IMG/VR virus record: IMGVR_UViG_2861079508_000001
Source of the DNA: a virus
Lineage: Duplodnaviria; Heunggongvirae; Uroviricota; Caudoviricetes
DNA: 64,000 nucleotides
Direction: 5' to 3' (one strand)
Each line of letters begins with the position of its first letter. Position 1 is the stretch's first letter. A program made the translations under genes and the position numbers. Of the stretch, positions 50,365 to 59,559 are shown in pieces. Below the pieces are notes generated by a model. That model was not told the DNA's origin, did not search any database, and saw only the letters and a list, made by a program, of their open reading frames with translations.

Positions 50365-50784
50365 TTACAACTTCTTAGCGCCCTTAAGTAGTGCGCTACG
50401 TACAAATTGAGCCGCTTTTTTCAAAGTTTCTTCACTGGTTTCACAGACAATCGGATCTTTCCACTTACCTGACACAGTGTTGAGAATATTGATTTGGTTG
50501 CTATCCAGACAAACAGAGATATAAAGCACTGTGCCACCAGCCAGCATCAAATGCATAGGAAACAGAGGCTTTTTACTGCCTTCACTGAACTGAGACATGG
50601 CGATGTTAATGGCTTCACCCACTTGTGTACCAACAAGCCCCTGCGCAGTTTCGAATATGGCACGAATAGCCAGACGAGCCTCTCGATCGCTCATAAGCGA
50701 CCGGGAATGTTCGTCCGCTACACGAATCAAAGCCTCTGTTGTTTTCCGATCCAGTTCATCTTCAAGCAACATTTCACTAAACAT
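50365..50784 (-). CDS. hypothetical protein
   Basis: 139 aa ORF. Confidence 0.4.
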   Translation of the reverse strand: MFSEMLLEDELDRKTTEALIRVADEHSRSLMSDREARLAIRAIFETAQGLVGTQVGEAINIAMSQFSEGSKKPLFPMHLMLAGGTVLYISVCLDSNQINILNTVSGKWKDPIVCETSEETLKKAAQFVRSALLKGAKKL

Positions 50785-50845
50785 TTTTTATCCTTAACCC
50801 ATTTTGAGAGTTTTATTGTCGCAATGTCGAAGAGGCGAACAATTT

Positions 50846-51490
50846 CTAATGAACGGTCACTCGGCCACAGAACCGGTTTTCTATCTTTTCTACAGCGTTA
50901 TCTAGCATTCTCATCACTGATCGGGCTCTTGCTTCAACCGTGCGATATCGGTTGGAAACGACGAAGGTTTGCAGATCTCCCCTTTGCGGATGCAGGTGAA
51001 TTTTTGTCAGTTCCCCGCACATCAACGCATCAATACGAGCGACATACAGACGGTCTAATGATGCTCGTTGTGATCGCAAGTAATCTCGCTCTGAGAGAGC
51101 GACTCCCGGGCGTAAGCCAGCAATGGCGTTAAAGTTTGAAATAGCAGTTTTGTGGCAAAACTTTTCGATATCGAGGGCTAACTCAATACACCGATCTTCA
51201 TTTGTATGGCCGACCAAATCCAACGTGTAGGCCATAACATCAGCAGGTGTGCGATCGATAACAAAGCCTTCAACACCACGCGTAAGTAGCTCTATATGCT
51301 TTGCTATTTCCATTTGAATCTGAAGCCGCTCATATAGAGGCATAGAATCACCTACTCGAACACCGAGGCGGCTCATCAAACTTCCGACACCAGCATCCAC
51401 GTAAGGGATTCCGTAATGTTTGTCGATATATTTAGCCAGGGTTGTTTTCCCACTGCCCTGAGCACCAGTGATCCCAATCCGGTAATCCAT
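50846..51490 (-). CDS. P-loop nucleotide kinase (dNMP kinase-like)
   Basis: Walker A GAQGSGKTT; context among nucleotide-metabolism genes. Confidence 0.5.
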   Translation of the reverse strand: MDYRIGITGAQGSGKTTLAKYIDKHYGIPYVDAGVGSLMSRLGVRVGDSMPLYERLQIQMEIAKHIELLTRGVEGFVIDRTPADVMAYTLDLVGHTNEDRCIELALDIEKFCHKTAISNFNAIAGLRPGVALSERDYLRSQRASLDRLYVARIDALMCGELTKIHLHPQRGDLQTFVVSNRYRTVEARARSVMRMLDNAVEKIENRFCGRVTVH

Positions 51491-51966
51491 TACGACCTTC
51501 TGTATACGATCTGCGAAAAGCCAGGCTCTTCCTCGCTGGCTCGTTGGGTATAAGCTGTTTCAACAGGCACAAAGCCTAAGTTACGCATCATGCTTGCCGG
51601 GAAGAATGCATCGGCGTTTGGTACATCAATGCCGATGTGGGAGAGCCAAATCTCTTCAACATGCGGCATGAATAGCGAGTAAATTTGTTCCCCGCCAATC
51701 ACCCACACAGGCTCTGGTAATCGCAACACATCATCCACACCAGCAGGGTAGAATCCATTTGGTACAAAGCCATGAGAGCGCGTCAAAACGAGGTTATGAC
51801 GCTCTGGAAGAGGGCGTTTGAGACTTTCCATCGTTTTACGCCCCATAACGACAGTGGCGTTTTTGGTGAGTCTCTTAAATAGCTTCAGATCGGTAGAACA
51901 ACGCCAGGGGAGTTCATTCGCTATGCCGATCTCATAGTTACGGCCAACAGCAGCGATCATCTTCAT
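51490..51966 (-). CDS. frd: dihydrofolate reductase
   Basis: DHFR family pattern (ELPWR, VVMGRKT, VWVIGG). Confidence 0.8.
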   Translation of the reverse strand: MKMIAAVGRNYEIGIANELPWRCSTDLKLFKRLTKNATVVMGRKTMESLKRPLPERHNLVLTRSHGFVPNGFYPAGVDDVLRLPEPVWVIGGEQIYSLFMPHVEEIWLSHIGIDVPNADAFFPASMMRNLGFVPVETAYTQRASEEEPGFSQIVYRRS

Positions 51967-52376
51967 TTGCTCACCTCATAGATGACCGGTCGATGGTGAG
52001 AGTCGGCTAAAGCGGCACGGAGTCGAGGATCGTGCACCAGCGCAGCGATAAGCAGATCGCCTTTATGCTCCGCTAATGTGCGCTTAATATGCTTCTCATA
52101 ACTGGTGCCATTCGGTACGAGATGAAGCCAGTCATAATCAACGCCAAAATCTTTCAGCCATCGTTTAGTTGGCGCTTCAAGAGTTTCAGAGCGGCTACTG
52201 ATAAGCACCACTTCAGCCCCTGAGCGAGCAAAACCACGCAACATACGGCTGGTGGGGAAAATGAGTTCATCACCGGCAATGAATTGGCCTGCATCCGAGT
52301 CAGATACAGATTTACGATGGCTGGTATTTGCCAGCACACCTTCAATTTCGCATAAGACATACATACCTCTTGCCAT
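51963..52376 (-). CDS. hypothetical protein (possible HAD-like nucleotidase)
   Basis: ORF 51963-52472 trimmed to internal Met to remove overlap with thymidylate synthase gene. Confidence 0.3.
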   Translation of the reverse strand: MARGMYVLCEIEGVLANTSHRKSVSDSDAGQFIAGDELIFPTSRMLRGFARSGAEVVLISSRSETLEAPTKRWLKDFGVDYDWLHLVPNGTSYEKHIKRTLAEHKGDLLIAALVHDPRLRAALADSHHRPVIYEVSK

Positions 52377-52377
52377 A

Positions 52378-53508
52378 TCACACCGCCACTGGAACCTTGA
52401 TCCACGGTAGAGGGGCATAGCCAAGAATAAGAATCTCGTCCCATTTGAAATCATCCAGCTCAGACCATTCATTAGGGAATATAACGACCGGATCTGAATG
52501 CTCTGGAGCCTGTCGTTGCATTAGCTCACACACACCTTCCATGTGGTTGTTGTACAAATGCACGTCAAAGCCAAAATGCACAAATGCACCGGCCATGTGA
52601 CCCGTAATCTTCGCGAGAAAATGAGTGAGAATGCCATAGCCAGCAATATTGAATGGCATACCAACAAAAGTGTCTACGCTACGCTGTACGAGGCAGGAGT
52701 TGAGGATGCGTTTGGGGATTCCAAGTTCATCCAGTTCAGTTTCAGTAACACTGCCGTCCATCTCCAGATCGTATAGCATCTTGGTGTAGATAGACTCATA
52801 ACCGAGGCGACTGTGTTGAAGACCAATGTCAGTTGCCATCGTTAAACGGGTTTCAAAATCCAGTTCACGACTCCACAAAGAGAAGACAAAGTGGCAAGGT
52901 GGCAGTTTCATATCCTCAAGCTCGCCTACGTTCCATGCGTTAAGCATGATGCGACGATCGGTAGGGTTCGTGCGCAGTGTATCGACAATACGCTGTAGCT
53001 GATCGATTTCACGGGACAGCACTACGCGATCTTCACTGATACCCAGGTATCCCTCGACTTTGTACCCGCGTTCACGGAAAGTAGCGATCTTGCTCAGATA
53101 TTCACTATGGCTCACGATGCGGGTATCTTCCCATCGACGCCACTGCTTACCGTAAACCGGCCCCAAATCGCCATTCTCATCGGCCCATGCATCCCAAATC
53201 TTAACGCCGTTATCCTTGAGAAATTGGATGTTGCCCGTGCCTTTCAGATACCACTCAAGTTCGACAAGCAGTGGCTTAAGATTTACCGCCTTTCCAGAAA
53301 TAAGCGGCACAGTCCCACCAGTAAGCATGTAGTAAGAGGGAACGTAGCAGGTGCTTAAAGTACCAGTGCCTGTGCGATCATCAGCCTGCACGCCGCTTTT
53401 AAGCACCGTCTCAATAACTTTTGCATACGATGCGTTTGTTACCTGACCGTTCGTATGCTCACGATTCAAAAGGAGTGACACAAAAACCTCACAAAGATAA
53501 GTAACCAC
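52378..53508 (-). CDS. thyA: thymidylate synthase family protein with ~50-aa insertion and N-terminal extension
   Basis: DRTGTGT, IWDAWADENGDLGPVYGKQWR, catalytic PPCH, dUMP-specific PFNIAGY; start codon uncertain. Confidence 0.8.
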   Translation of the reverse strand: MVTYLCEVFVSLLLNREHTNGQVTNASYAKVIETVLKSGVQADDRTGTGTLSTCYVPSYYMLTGGTVPLISGKAVNLKPLLVELEWYLKGTGNIQFLKDNGVKIWDAWADENGDLGPVYGKQWRRWEDTRIVSHSEYLSKIATFRERGYKVEGYLGISEDRVVLSREIDQLQRIVDTLRTNPTDRRIMLNAWNVGELEDMKLPPCHFVFSLWSRELDFETRLTMATDIGLQHSRLGYESIYTKMLYDLEMDGSVTETELDELGIPKRILNSCLVQRSVDTFVGMPFNIAGYGILTHFLAKITGHMAGAFVHFGFDVHLYNNHMEGVCELMQRQAPEHSDPVVIFPNEWSELDDFKWDEILILGYAPLPWIKVPVAV

Positions 53509-53555
53509 TTATTCATTAAGTGAGTTTACATTTATTGAGGGAACAAGGCCAGATA

Positions 53556-53574
53556 GATAAAAAAATGGTGGCCA
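53556..53574 (-). terminator. intrinsic terminator
   Basis: Hairpin TGGTGGCC-ATA-GGCCACCA followed by T-run on minus strand. Confidence 0.6.
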
Positions 53575-53652
53575 TAGGCCACCAAAAACGAATAGTTGTT
53601 TCAGAAATTTAACGCGCCAGCGCAATATACACAGATAGATAACTACCTACAA

Positions 53653-54522
53653 TTATTTTTTGATCATTCCGTACATTGCTGAGGCTTTAGCTTGCTCAAC
53701 AAAGGAGGATAAATCGACATCACTATAGGTTGGAGACTTCAGAATCTTTCCATCGGAAATTCGAAAACCGATCATCTTATCGGTGCCATCAGCATGGCGA
53801 AATCCCAGGTCAGAAGAGTCGTATTTGCAGTTGGCCACAGCATGGCGACGCTCTTCGGCATCTGCAGGCCATAATTTTGTCATGTTGGACCGATGAATTT
53901 CGCCAACCAGCTCGACGACATTGATACCGAGAAAATCAGCCAGTCGATAAGTCATCATGCACGCCACATAGATTTTGTTCATTACACGGCGCAGTTCCTG
54001 AATCAGCTCAGAATCCTTAACAGTCTTCTTCTCAAGTTTATCTGCCAGCTCTTCGAGCATACATGACGCCTCACGAGCTTCCTGAAATGGCATTGCCATA
54101 TCATCGAAAACAGTGTTACCAGGCACAAAAATTGTCTGCATAAAGCGATCAATGCTCTGTTCCTGCGTGTAATAAGTCATGCCGGTAGAAATACCACCTT
54201 TGATGGCGACCATCGTACCAACACCAACGTATAAAAAGTCGGCCATTGCATCCAGCAGTTGCTCAATATCCCCATTCATTGCGGCTGGAATACCTTCCAC
54301 TACAGCTTCTTCATGAATCAGGCTTGCACGGAGACGAAGCAGCTCTGGTGTCGGCATAACGCGTCTCGGATGCTGGAAGAGTTCATGAAACTGATCGACC
54401 ATCTTGTAAATACTTTCAGTGGCTACACCATGGCCTTCATGCAATTCATATGGTTCTGGCTTAAATCCAATGAGTCGATCGGTGGCAAGTTTCAGGTGGT
54501 CAGTCAGTTTGGTAAAGTTCAT
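53653..54522 (-). CDS. MazG-like nucleotide pyrophosphohydrolase (putative, tandem domain)
   Basis: EE..E...D helical NTP-PPase-like motif (HEEAVVEG ... DIEQLLDAMAD). Confidence 0.45.
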   Translation of the reverse strand: MNFTKLTDHLKLATDRLIGFKPEPYELHEGHGVATESIYKMVDQFHELFQHPRRVMPTPELLRLRASLIHEEAVVEGIPAAMNGDIEQLLDAMADFLYVGVGTMVAIKGGISTGMTYYTQEQSIDRFMQTIFVPGNTVFDDMAMPFQEAREASCMLEELADKLEKKTVKDSELIQELRRVMNKIYVACMMTYRLADFLGINVVELVGEIHRSNMTKLWPADAEERRHAVANCKYDSSDLGFRHADGTDKMIGFRISDGKILKSPTYSDVDLSSFVEQAKASAMYGMIKK

Positions 54523-54599
54523 GCTAGTTTTGTTCCTTCTTAATTCTTGTGATCCATTGTGGCCCAGCGTTGCCAGGCCACATAATGCTTTGTATCGGT

Positions 54600-55742
54600 T
54601 TACAGGTCTGCAAACTGGCTTAGAGAAGCCTTATCCACGGTAGAATCGATCTGACCTACCAGATATGTGCTTTGCTCTGCCTCTTGTGGTGCAATTTGCA
54701 GTGTGTCGGTTAACAACCACTTGTTCATCCAGACCAGCGGGTCAGTGGTAACTTCTGGAAATAAAGCCTTCAGGCCAAGACGATTCATAGCCAGATTGGT
54801 GCGGTATTTTACATAGGTTTTGAGAATATCCGCGTTTAAACCAATCATCGAACCGTCTTTGAAGAGATAGTCTGCCCAGTTCATTTCTTGTTCGGCGACT
54901 GATTTCATGGTGTCGTAAATGACGTTTTCTTCATCAGCAGCAATCTCTTTCCACAATAAACCTTCGCGACCGGTACGCATGAAGCGGATCATGCGTTCAG
55001 TTCCTTCGCAATGCAGAGCTTCATCACGGGCAATAAAGCGCATAATTTTGGTGTTACCCTCAAGCAACTTCCGTTCACCAAAGGCAAACGTACATGCAAA
55101 ACTTACGTAGAAACGGATCGCCTCAAGCGCATTAATGGACACCAACGTGCGGAAAAGCTGACGATGCAAAGGGTATGGCTCCCAGCCATATTCATTTACG
55201 TACAGACGCTCAAATTCCTTCTCACCTAACGACTGGCGCTCGCAGGTCATCCCATAAAGCCTGTCATATTCAGCAGAGATACTGATCGCTCGGTTGATGA
55301 TTTCTTCATCCGTAACAATACCGTCAAAAACAATGCTCGGATCGTCCACCATGCCACGAATAATGTGGGTGTAGCTGCGGCTATGGATAGTCTCAGAGAA
55401 AGACCACGTTTCAACCCACGTTTCCAGTTCAGGAATAGAGATAAGCGGCAGCAGCGTTGCATTTGGGCTACGTCCCTGAACTGAATCGAGTAACGTTTGA
55501 TAACGGAGATTGCTCAGAAAAATGTGACGTTCGTGGTCCCGCAGCTTCGTGTTGAAGTCGATACGATCGCTCGAAATATCAACTTCTTCCGGCCGCCAGA
55601 AGAAAGACAATTGACGTTCAATCAACTTTTCAAAATCACGGTATTTTTGCTGATCGTAACGTGCCACGTTGACAGATTGTCCGAGGAACATAGGCTCTTT
55701 GGTTGCATCATTAGCACCCAAACGGAACGTTGAATATGACAT
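54600..55742 (-). CDS. nrdB: ribonucleotide reductase class Ia beta subunit
   Basis: About 70 percent identity by recall to E. coli NrdB over full length; start at MSYSTF. Confidence 0.9.
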   Translation of the reverse strand: MSYSTFRLGANDATKEPMFLGQSVNVARYDQQKYRDFEKLIERQLSFFWRPEEVDISSDRIDFNTKLRDHERHIFLSNLRYQTLLDSVQGRSPNATLLPLISIPELETWVETWSFSETIHSRSYTHIIRGMVDDPSIVFDGIVTDEEIINRAISISAEYDRLYGMTCERQSLGEKEFERLYVNEYGWEPYPLHRQLFRTLVSINALEAIRFYVSFACTFAFGERKLLEGNTKIMRFIARDEALHCEGTERMIRFMRTGREGLLWKEIAADEENVIYDTMKSVAEQEMNWADYLFKDGSMIGLNADILKTYVKYRTNLAMNRLGLKALFPEVTTDPLVWMNKWLLTDTLQIAPQEAEQSTYLVGQIDSTVDKASLSQFADL

Positions 55743-55772
55743 GTGTTTTTCCTTTTTCTTTTTTATGTGTTT

Positions 55773-55804
55773 AAACAAGTTGTTATCTTATTTGTTTAAA
55801 CAAG
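55773..55804. promoter_or_regulatory. palindromic motif AAACAAGTTGTTATCT plus GTTTAAACAAGG
   Basis: between nrdA and nrdB. Confidence 0.4.
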
Positions 55805-55847
55805 GCTTACAAATCAAAGAGAAGGTGGGGATACACCCCACCATATG

Positions 55848-58163
55848 TCAGATTTTGCAGGCTCCGTCGCACTCATCTTCTGGCTCGACGGCTACAGCTT
55901 GCGTCAGTGGATTCTGCGGTTCGTCGTCATCACGCTTTCCTGCCCCATCTCTGGTGTTGTGGTAGTAAAGCGTTTTAACTCCCATCTTGTAGGCGAGAAG
56001 CACATCTGACAGTAGCGTCATCATTGGGACTTTATCGCCTTCAAAGCGAGAAGGGTCATAGTTGGTATTGGCTGAAATAGCCTGGTCAAAGAACTTCTGG
56101 ATGATCGCCACCTTTGTCAGATAGCCGCGGTTGTCCGGCATATCCCACAGGTATTCATACTGTTCCTTCAGTTTTTCAAACTCAGGCACGACCATCTTGA
56201 CGATGCCGTCCTTAGAAGATTTCACTGACACCGGGCCACGAGGCGGTTCGATGCCGTTGGTGGAATTAGTGATCTGGCTGGAAGTCTCGCATGGCATTTG
56301 TGCCGTCAGTGTGGAGTTGCGAAGGCCGTATTTTGCAATACGTTCACGCAGTTCTTCCCACGGCATCTTTAACTCAAAGTTGGTTTCGCCACTTTCGTCT
56401 AATGAAGAACGGTAATGGTCGATCGGCAACTGACCAATTGCGTACTTGGTCTGCTCAAACCAGTCACACTCACCTTTTGCTTCAGCAAGTCGGCAGCTGG
56501 CATCAAGAAGGTAATACTGGATAGCTTCGAACGTTTCATGCACCAGTTTATTGCCAGCGGTATCAGAATAACGAACGCCATTTTTTGCCAGGTAATAAGC
56601 AAAGTTGGTTACACCAATTCCCAAGCTACGACGAGCTTTGGCAGGCACTTCGGCTGCCTCCATCGGATAGTCTTGATAATCCAGTAACGAATCCAGTGCA
56701 GCAACGGCATAGAACGCCACCTCTTTAAGAGACTCCAGTGAACGGATGGCTCCGAGGTTAAAAGCGGATAAAGTGCATAGCGCGATCTCACCGTTCGGGT
56801 CGTCGGTAAATGCCAGTGGACGGGTGGGTAGGGTGATCTCCATACACAGGTTTGACTGGCGGACAGGTGCAAGAGCAGGAATGAAAGCGCCATGCTCATT
56901 AATATGATCGACGTTCGCAATATAAATTCGGCCCGTGGACGCTCGTTCCTGCATCAGAGATGAGAACAGCTCAATGGCAGGTACTGACTTCTTGCGAATT
57001 GAATCATCGGCTTCGTATTTATGGTACAGCTTTTCAAACAGATCCTGGTCTGTGAAGAAGGCTTCGTACATATCAGGCACATCATGCGGGCTGAACAGAG
57101 TGATGTTCTCGCTTCTGACGAGTCGACGGTACATCAGACGGTTACTCATGACACCGTAATCAAGATGGCGAACGCGGTTTTCATCGATACCACGGTTATT
57201 TTTCACCACCAGCAGACTTTCAACTTCAAGATGCCAAATCGGGTAAAACGCTGTTGCTGCGCCACCACGGACACCACCTTGCGAGCAAGATTTAACAGCA
57301 GTCTGGAAATGCTTCAGGAATGGAATAACTCCGGTATGGGTGGCTTCACCATTGCGGATCTCGCTGCCCAGCGCACGGATACGGCCAAAACCAATACCAA
57401 TTCCAGCACGACGTGAAACGTAGTCGATAATTGCGGCTGAAGCTGCACTAATCCCTTTCAGACTATCGCCAGACTCAATCAGCACACAACTGGAGAACTG
57501 ACGGGTTGGAGTACGGACGCCGGCCATGATTGGTGTGGGCAGAGACAGTTTGAACGTACTTGTAACGTCATAGAAACCTTTGACCATCTCCATACGTGTT
57601 TTGCCAGCGCAGTCGTCTTCCCAATTCTGGAACAGACACATGCCCACCAGCATATAGATATGTTGCGGCCCCTCATGAATCTCACCAGTAACACGGTTTT
57701 GAACGAGGTATTTGCTTTGCAATTGCACCGTAGCCGCATAGCCAAAAAGATCGTCACGTTTAGGCTTAATGTAATTGCCGAGTTCTTCGATCTCTTCAAA
57801 TGAATAATGTGTCAGCAAATCCTTGTCATAAACGCCCTTGCTAACGTTCTTGATAATGTGTTGGTAGAAGTTCGGATAGTCGTAACGACCGAAGGCATCT
57901 TTGCGGATTTTAAAAATGTTCAGGCGGGCAGCCACCTGCGAGTAATTTGGTGCATCTGGTGAGATCAAATCAGCGGCAGATTTAACCAAAGCCTCATGCA
58001 ACTGGCTGGTGGTAATCCCATCAAAAATGCTGGCCGCAGCTCCCATTGCTACAGCGGATGCGCTTACACCACGAATGCCTTCTACGCCATACATTACGAC
58101 GCGGTTGTATTTTTCTTCGGATAACGGCTCTGTTTGGCCGTTACGTTTTACGATGCTTATCAT
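55848..58163 (-). CDS. nrdA: ribonucleotide reductase class Ia alpha subunit
   Basis: Full-length similarity to E. coli NrdA including C-terminal CxxC tail. Confidence 0.9.
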   Translation of the reverse strand: MISIVKRNGQTEPLSEEKYNRVVMYGVEGIRGVSASAVAMGAAASIFDGITTSQLHEALVKSAADLISPDAPNYSQVAARLNIFKIRKDAFGRYDYPNFYQHIIKNVSKGVYDKDLLTHYSFEEIEELGNYIKPKRDDLFGYAATVQLQSKYLVQNRVTGEIHEGPQHIYMLVGMCLFQNWEDDCAGKTRMEMVKGFYDVTSTFKLSLPTPIMAGVRTPTRQFSSCVLIESGDSLKGISAASAAIIDYVSRRAGIGIGFGRIRALGSEIRNGEATHTGVIPFLKHFQTAVKSCSQGGVRGGAATAFYPIWHLEVESLLVVKNNRGIDENRVRHLDYGVMSNRLMYRRLVRSENITLFSPHDVPDMYEAFFTDQDLFEKLYHKYEADDSIRKKSVPAIELFSSLMQERASTGRIYIANVDHINEHGAFIPALAPVRQSNLCMEITLPTRPLAFTDDPNGEIALCTLSAFNLGAIRSLESLKEVAFYAVAALDSLLDYQDYPMEAAEVPAKARRSLGIGVTNFAYYLAKNGVRYSDTAGNKLVHETFEAIQYYLLDASCRLAEAKGECDWFEQTKYAIGQLPIDHYRSSLDESGETNFELKMPWEELRERIAKYGLRNSTLTAQMPCETSSQITNSTNGIEPPRGPVSVKSSKDGIVKMVVPEFEKLKEQYEYLWDMPDNRGYLTKVAIIQKFFDQAISANTNYDPSRFEGDKVPMMTLLSDVLLAYKMGVKTLYYHNTRDGAGKRDDDEPQNPLTQAVAVEPEDECDGACKI

Positions 58164-58196
58164 GTATCACCAAATAAAGAGGGCCACTATATTTAG

Positions 58197-58222
58197 TGGC
58201 CCATGTTAATAGATAAGCACTT
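58197..58222. promoter_or_regulatory. palindromic motif GATAAG-CACTTACCTATC upstream of nrdA
   Basis: member of TAAGTA-N-TACTTA family. Confidence 0.4.
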
Positions 58223-58236
58223 ACCTATCAATGAGA

Positions 58237-58806
58237 TCAAATGAGAGACTTGAGAACATCGCGCACCTGGCGAAACTGATCTGTTTGCATACCGGTATGG
58301 ATGGCAGCCACCGCATCAGCCAAATGTTCGTTTTTGTTCACGAGAACATCCTGTCCAGATTGCTTACGACGCAGCCACGGTGCTTTAGGGTGTTTTTTCG
58401 TAGCCCACTGGATAATCTCTTCTTTCGATGTAGTAAGTTTATTGCCAACAAAATGCTTGATTTCGTTTGGAGTGACCTGGATCAATGGCTTATCCACACA
58501 CGCAAGTACACCGATACAAATACCGTAAGACGTCTGCGAACGAGAGTTTTGGCTCCCAACCGGTAGTTCACAAAAAACCATATTCGCCTTATCAATGATT
58601 GGCTTCGCAACACGCCATATTTCACTGGCACGGCGCAGATCGTCACTGTTCACACGAACGGTCTTTTTGTTACTCCCCGCTTTAGTCTCAACAAGAGTAA
58701 GGCCGTGAATCTCAAGTTCGTCCGTTTCAAGGTCTAAAGTGCCCACAGCAAGCCCAAAGTTGCTCATAGAGGGATCAACACCAACTACGCTGATTTTTTT
58801 ACTCAT
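58237..58806 (-). CDS. RuvC-like Holliday junction resolvase (putative)
   Basis: N-terminal VVGVDPS and C-terminal ADAVAAIHTG resemble RuvC-family motifs. Confidence 0.55.
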   Translation of the reverse strand: MSKKISVVGVDPSMSNFGLAVGTLDLETDELEIHGLTLVETKAGSNKKTVRVNSDDLRRASEIWRVAKPIIDKANMVFCELPVGSQNSRSQTSYGICIGVLACVDKPLIQVTPNEIKHFVGNKLTTSKEEIIQWATKKHPKAPWLRRKQSGQDVLVNKNEHLADAVAAIHTGMQTDQFRQVRDVLKSLI

Positions 58807-58815
58807 ATAGTCTCC

Positions 58816-59559
58816 TTACCATGTTCCCCATAGAGGGTTTTCCAATAATCTCGCCTCCAACGAATTGGCTACTATTGCCGTTTGCAACGTTGGTTGGGGA
58901 TAGTTTGCAAAGTCTGAATACTCATTTTCCTGCGTGACACGTTTATCTACGGCATGTTTAACGCCACTTGCTATGAAATGACGCATGATGCCCAACAGCC
59001 TCCGACTGTCTGCACTATCGTTTGCTAAAACATGAGGGAGCTGAAGTTCGATTTCTACCATTTCTCCATACTTACCAACAAACTGTAGTTTGTCCGCACT
59101 GTACTTTTTATCCCTCCTTTGGATAAGGAAACCAGTAAAAGCATCACCTGGCGATGCCAAACTATCCACCCGCTTATTGGCAAGTCGAATAAGGTTCGTG
59201 AAAGCCATACAGTGATGCGCACCCATTCCCCCAAAGAACCCTTCGCTATTAATGTTAAGATCTTCAGTTTCATGGGATGCAATAAACCCAGGCCCGACGT
59301 TGGGAAGATATCCCCCCTCAACAAAAGGATTAATCAGGATCGGCGCAATACATCCAGGTGGTAGTGATTTCAAACTTTGCATCAATGGTGTCTCGGATAT
59401 TAGACCAAGCAACGCGGCGAATTGTACTCCGTCAATATTGTTGCTGCCCCATAGAATACGTGGAGCCGCACCATTGGAAGTATGCCCATTGATCAGTTTT
59501 ATCGACTGCATCACTGCAAATACCTGCAAAAACTGCGAGCGGCTTAATTTAAACGACAT
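58816..59559 (-). CDS. hypothetical protein
   Basis: 247 aa ORF. Confidence 0.45.
   Translation of the reverse strand: MSFKLSRSQFLQVFAVMQSIKLINGHTSNGAAPRILWGSNNIDGVQFAALLGLISETPLMQSLKSLPPGCIAPILINPFVEGGYLPNVGPGFIASHETEDLNINSEGFFGGMGAHHCMAFTNLIRLANKRVDSLASPGDAFTGFLIQRRDKKYSADKLQFVGKYGEMVEIELQLPHVLANDSADSRRLLGIMRHFIASGVKHAVDKRVTQENEYSDFANYPQPTLQTAIVANSLEARLLENPLWGTW

Noticed and set aside
55848-58163. Intein or group I intron in nrdA / thyA (common in phage nucleotide-metabolism genes)
   Set aside because: NrdA aligns end to end with E. coli NrdA without a large insertion; the ThyA insertion is about 50 aa, too short for an intein, and is in-frame coding sequence.
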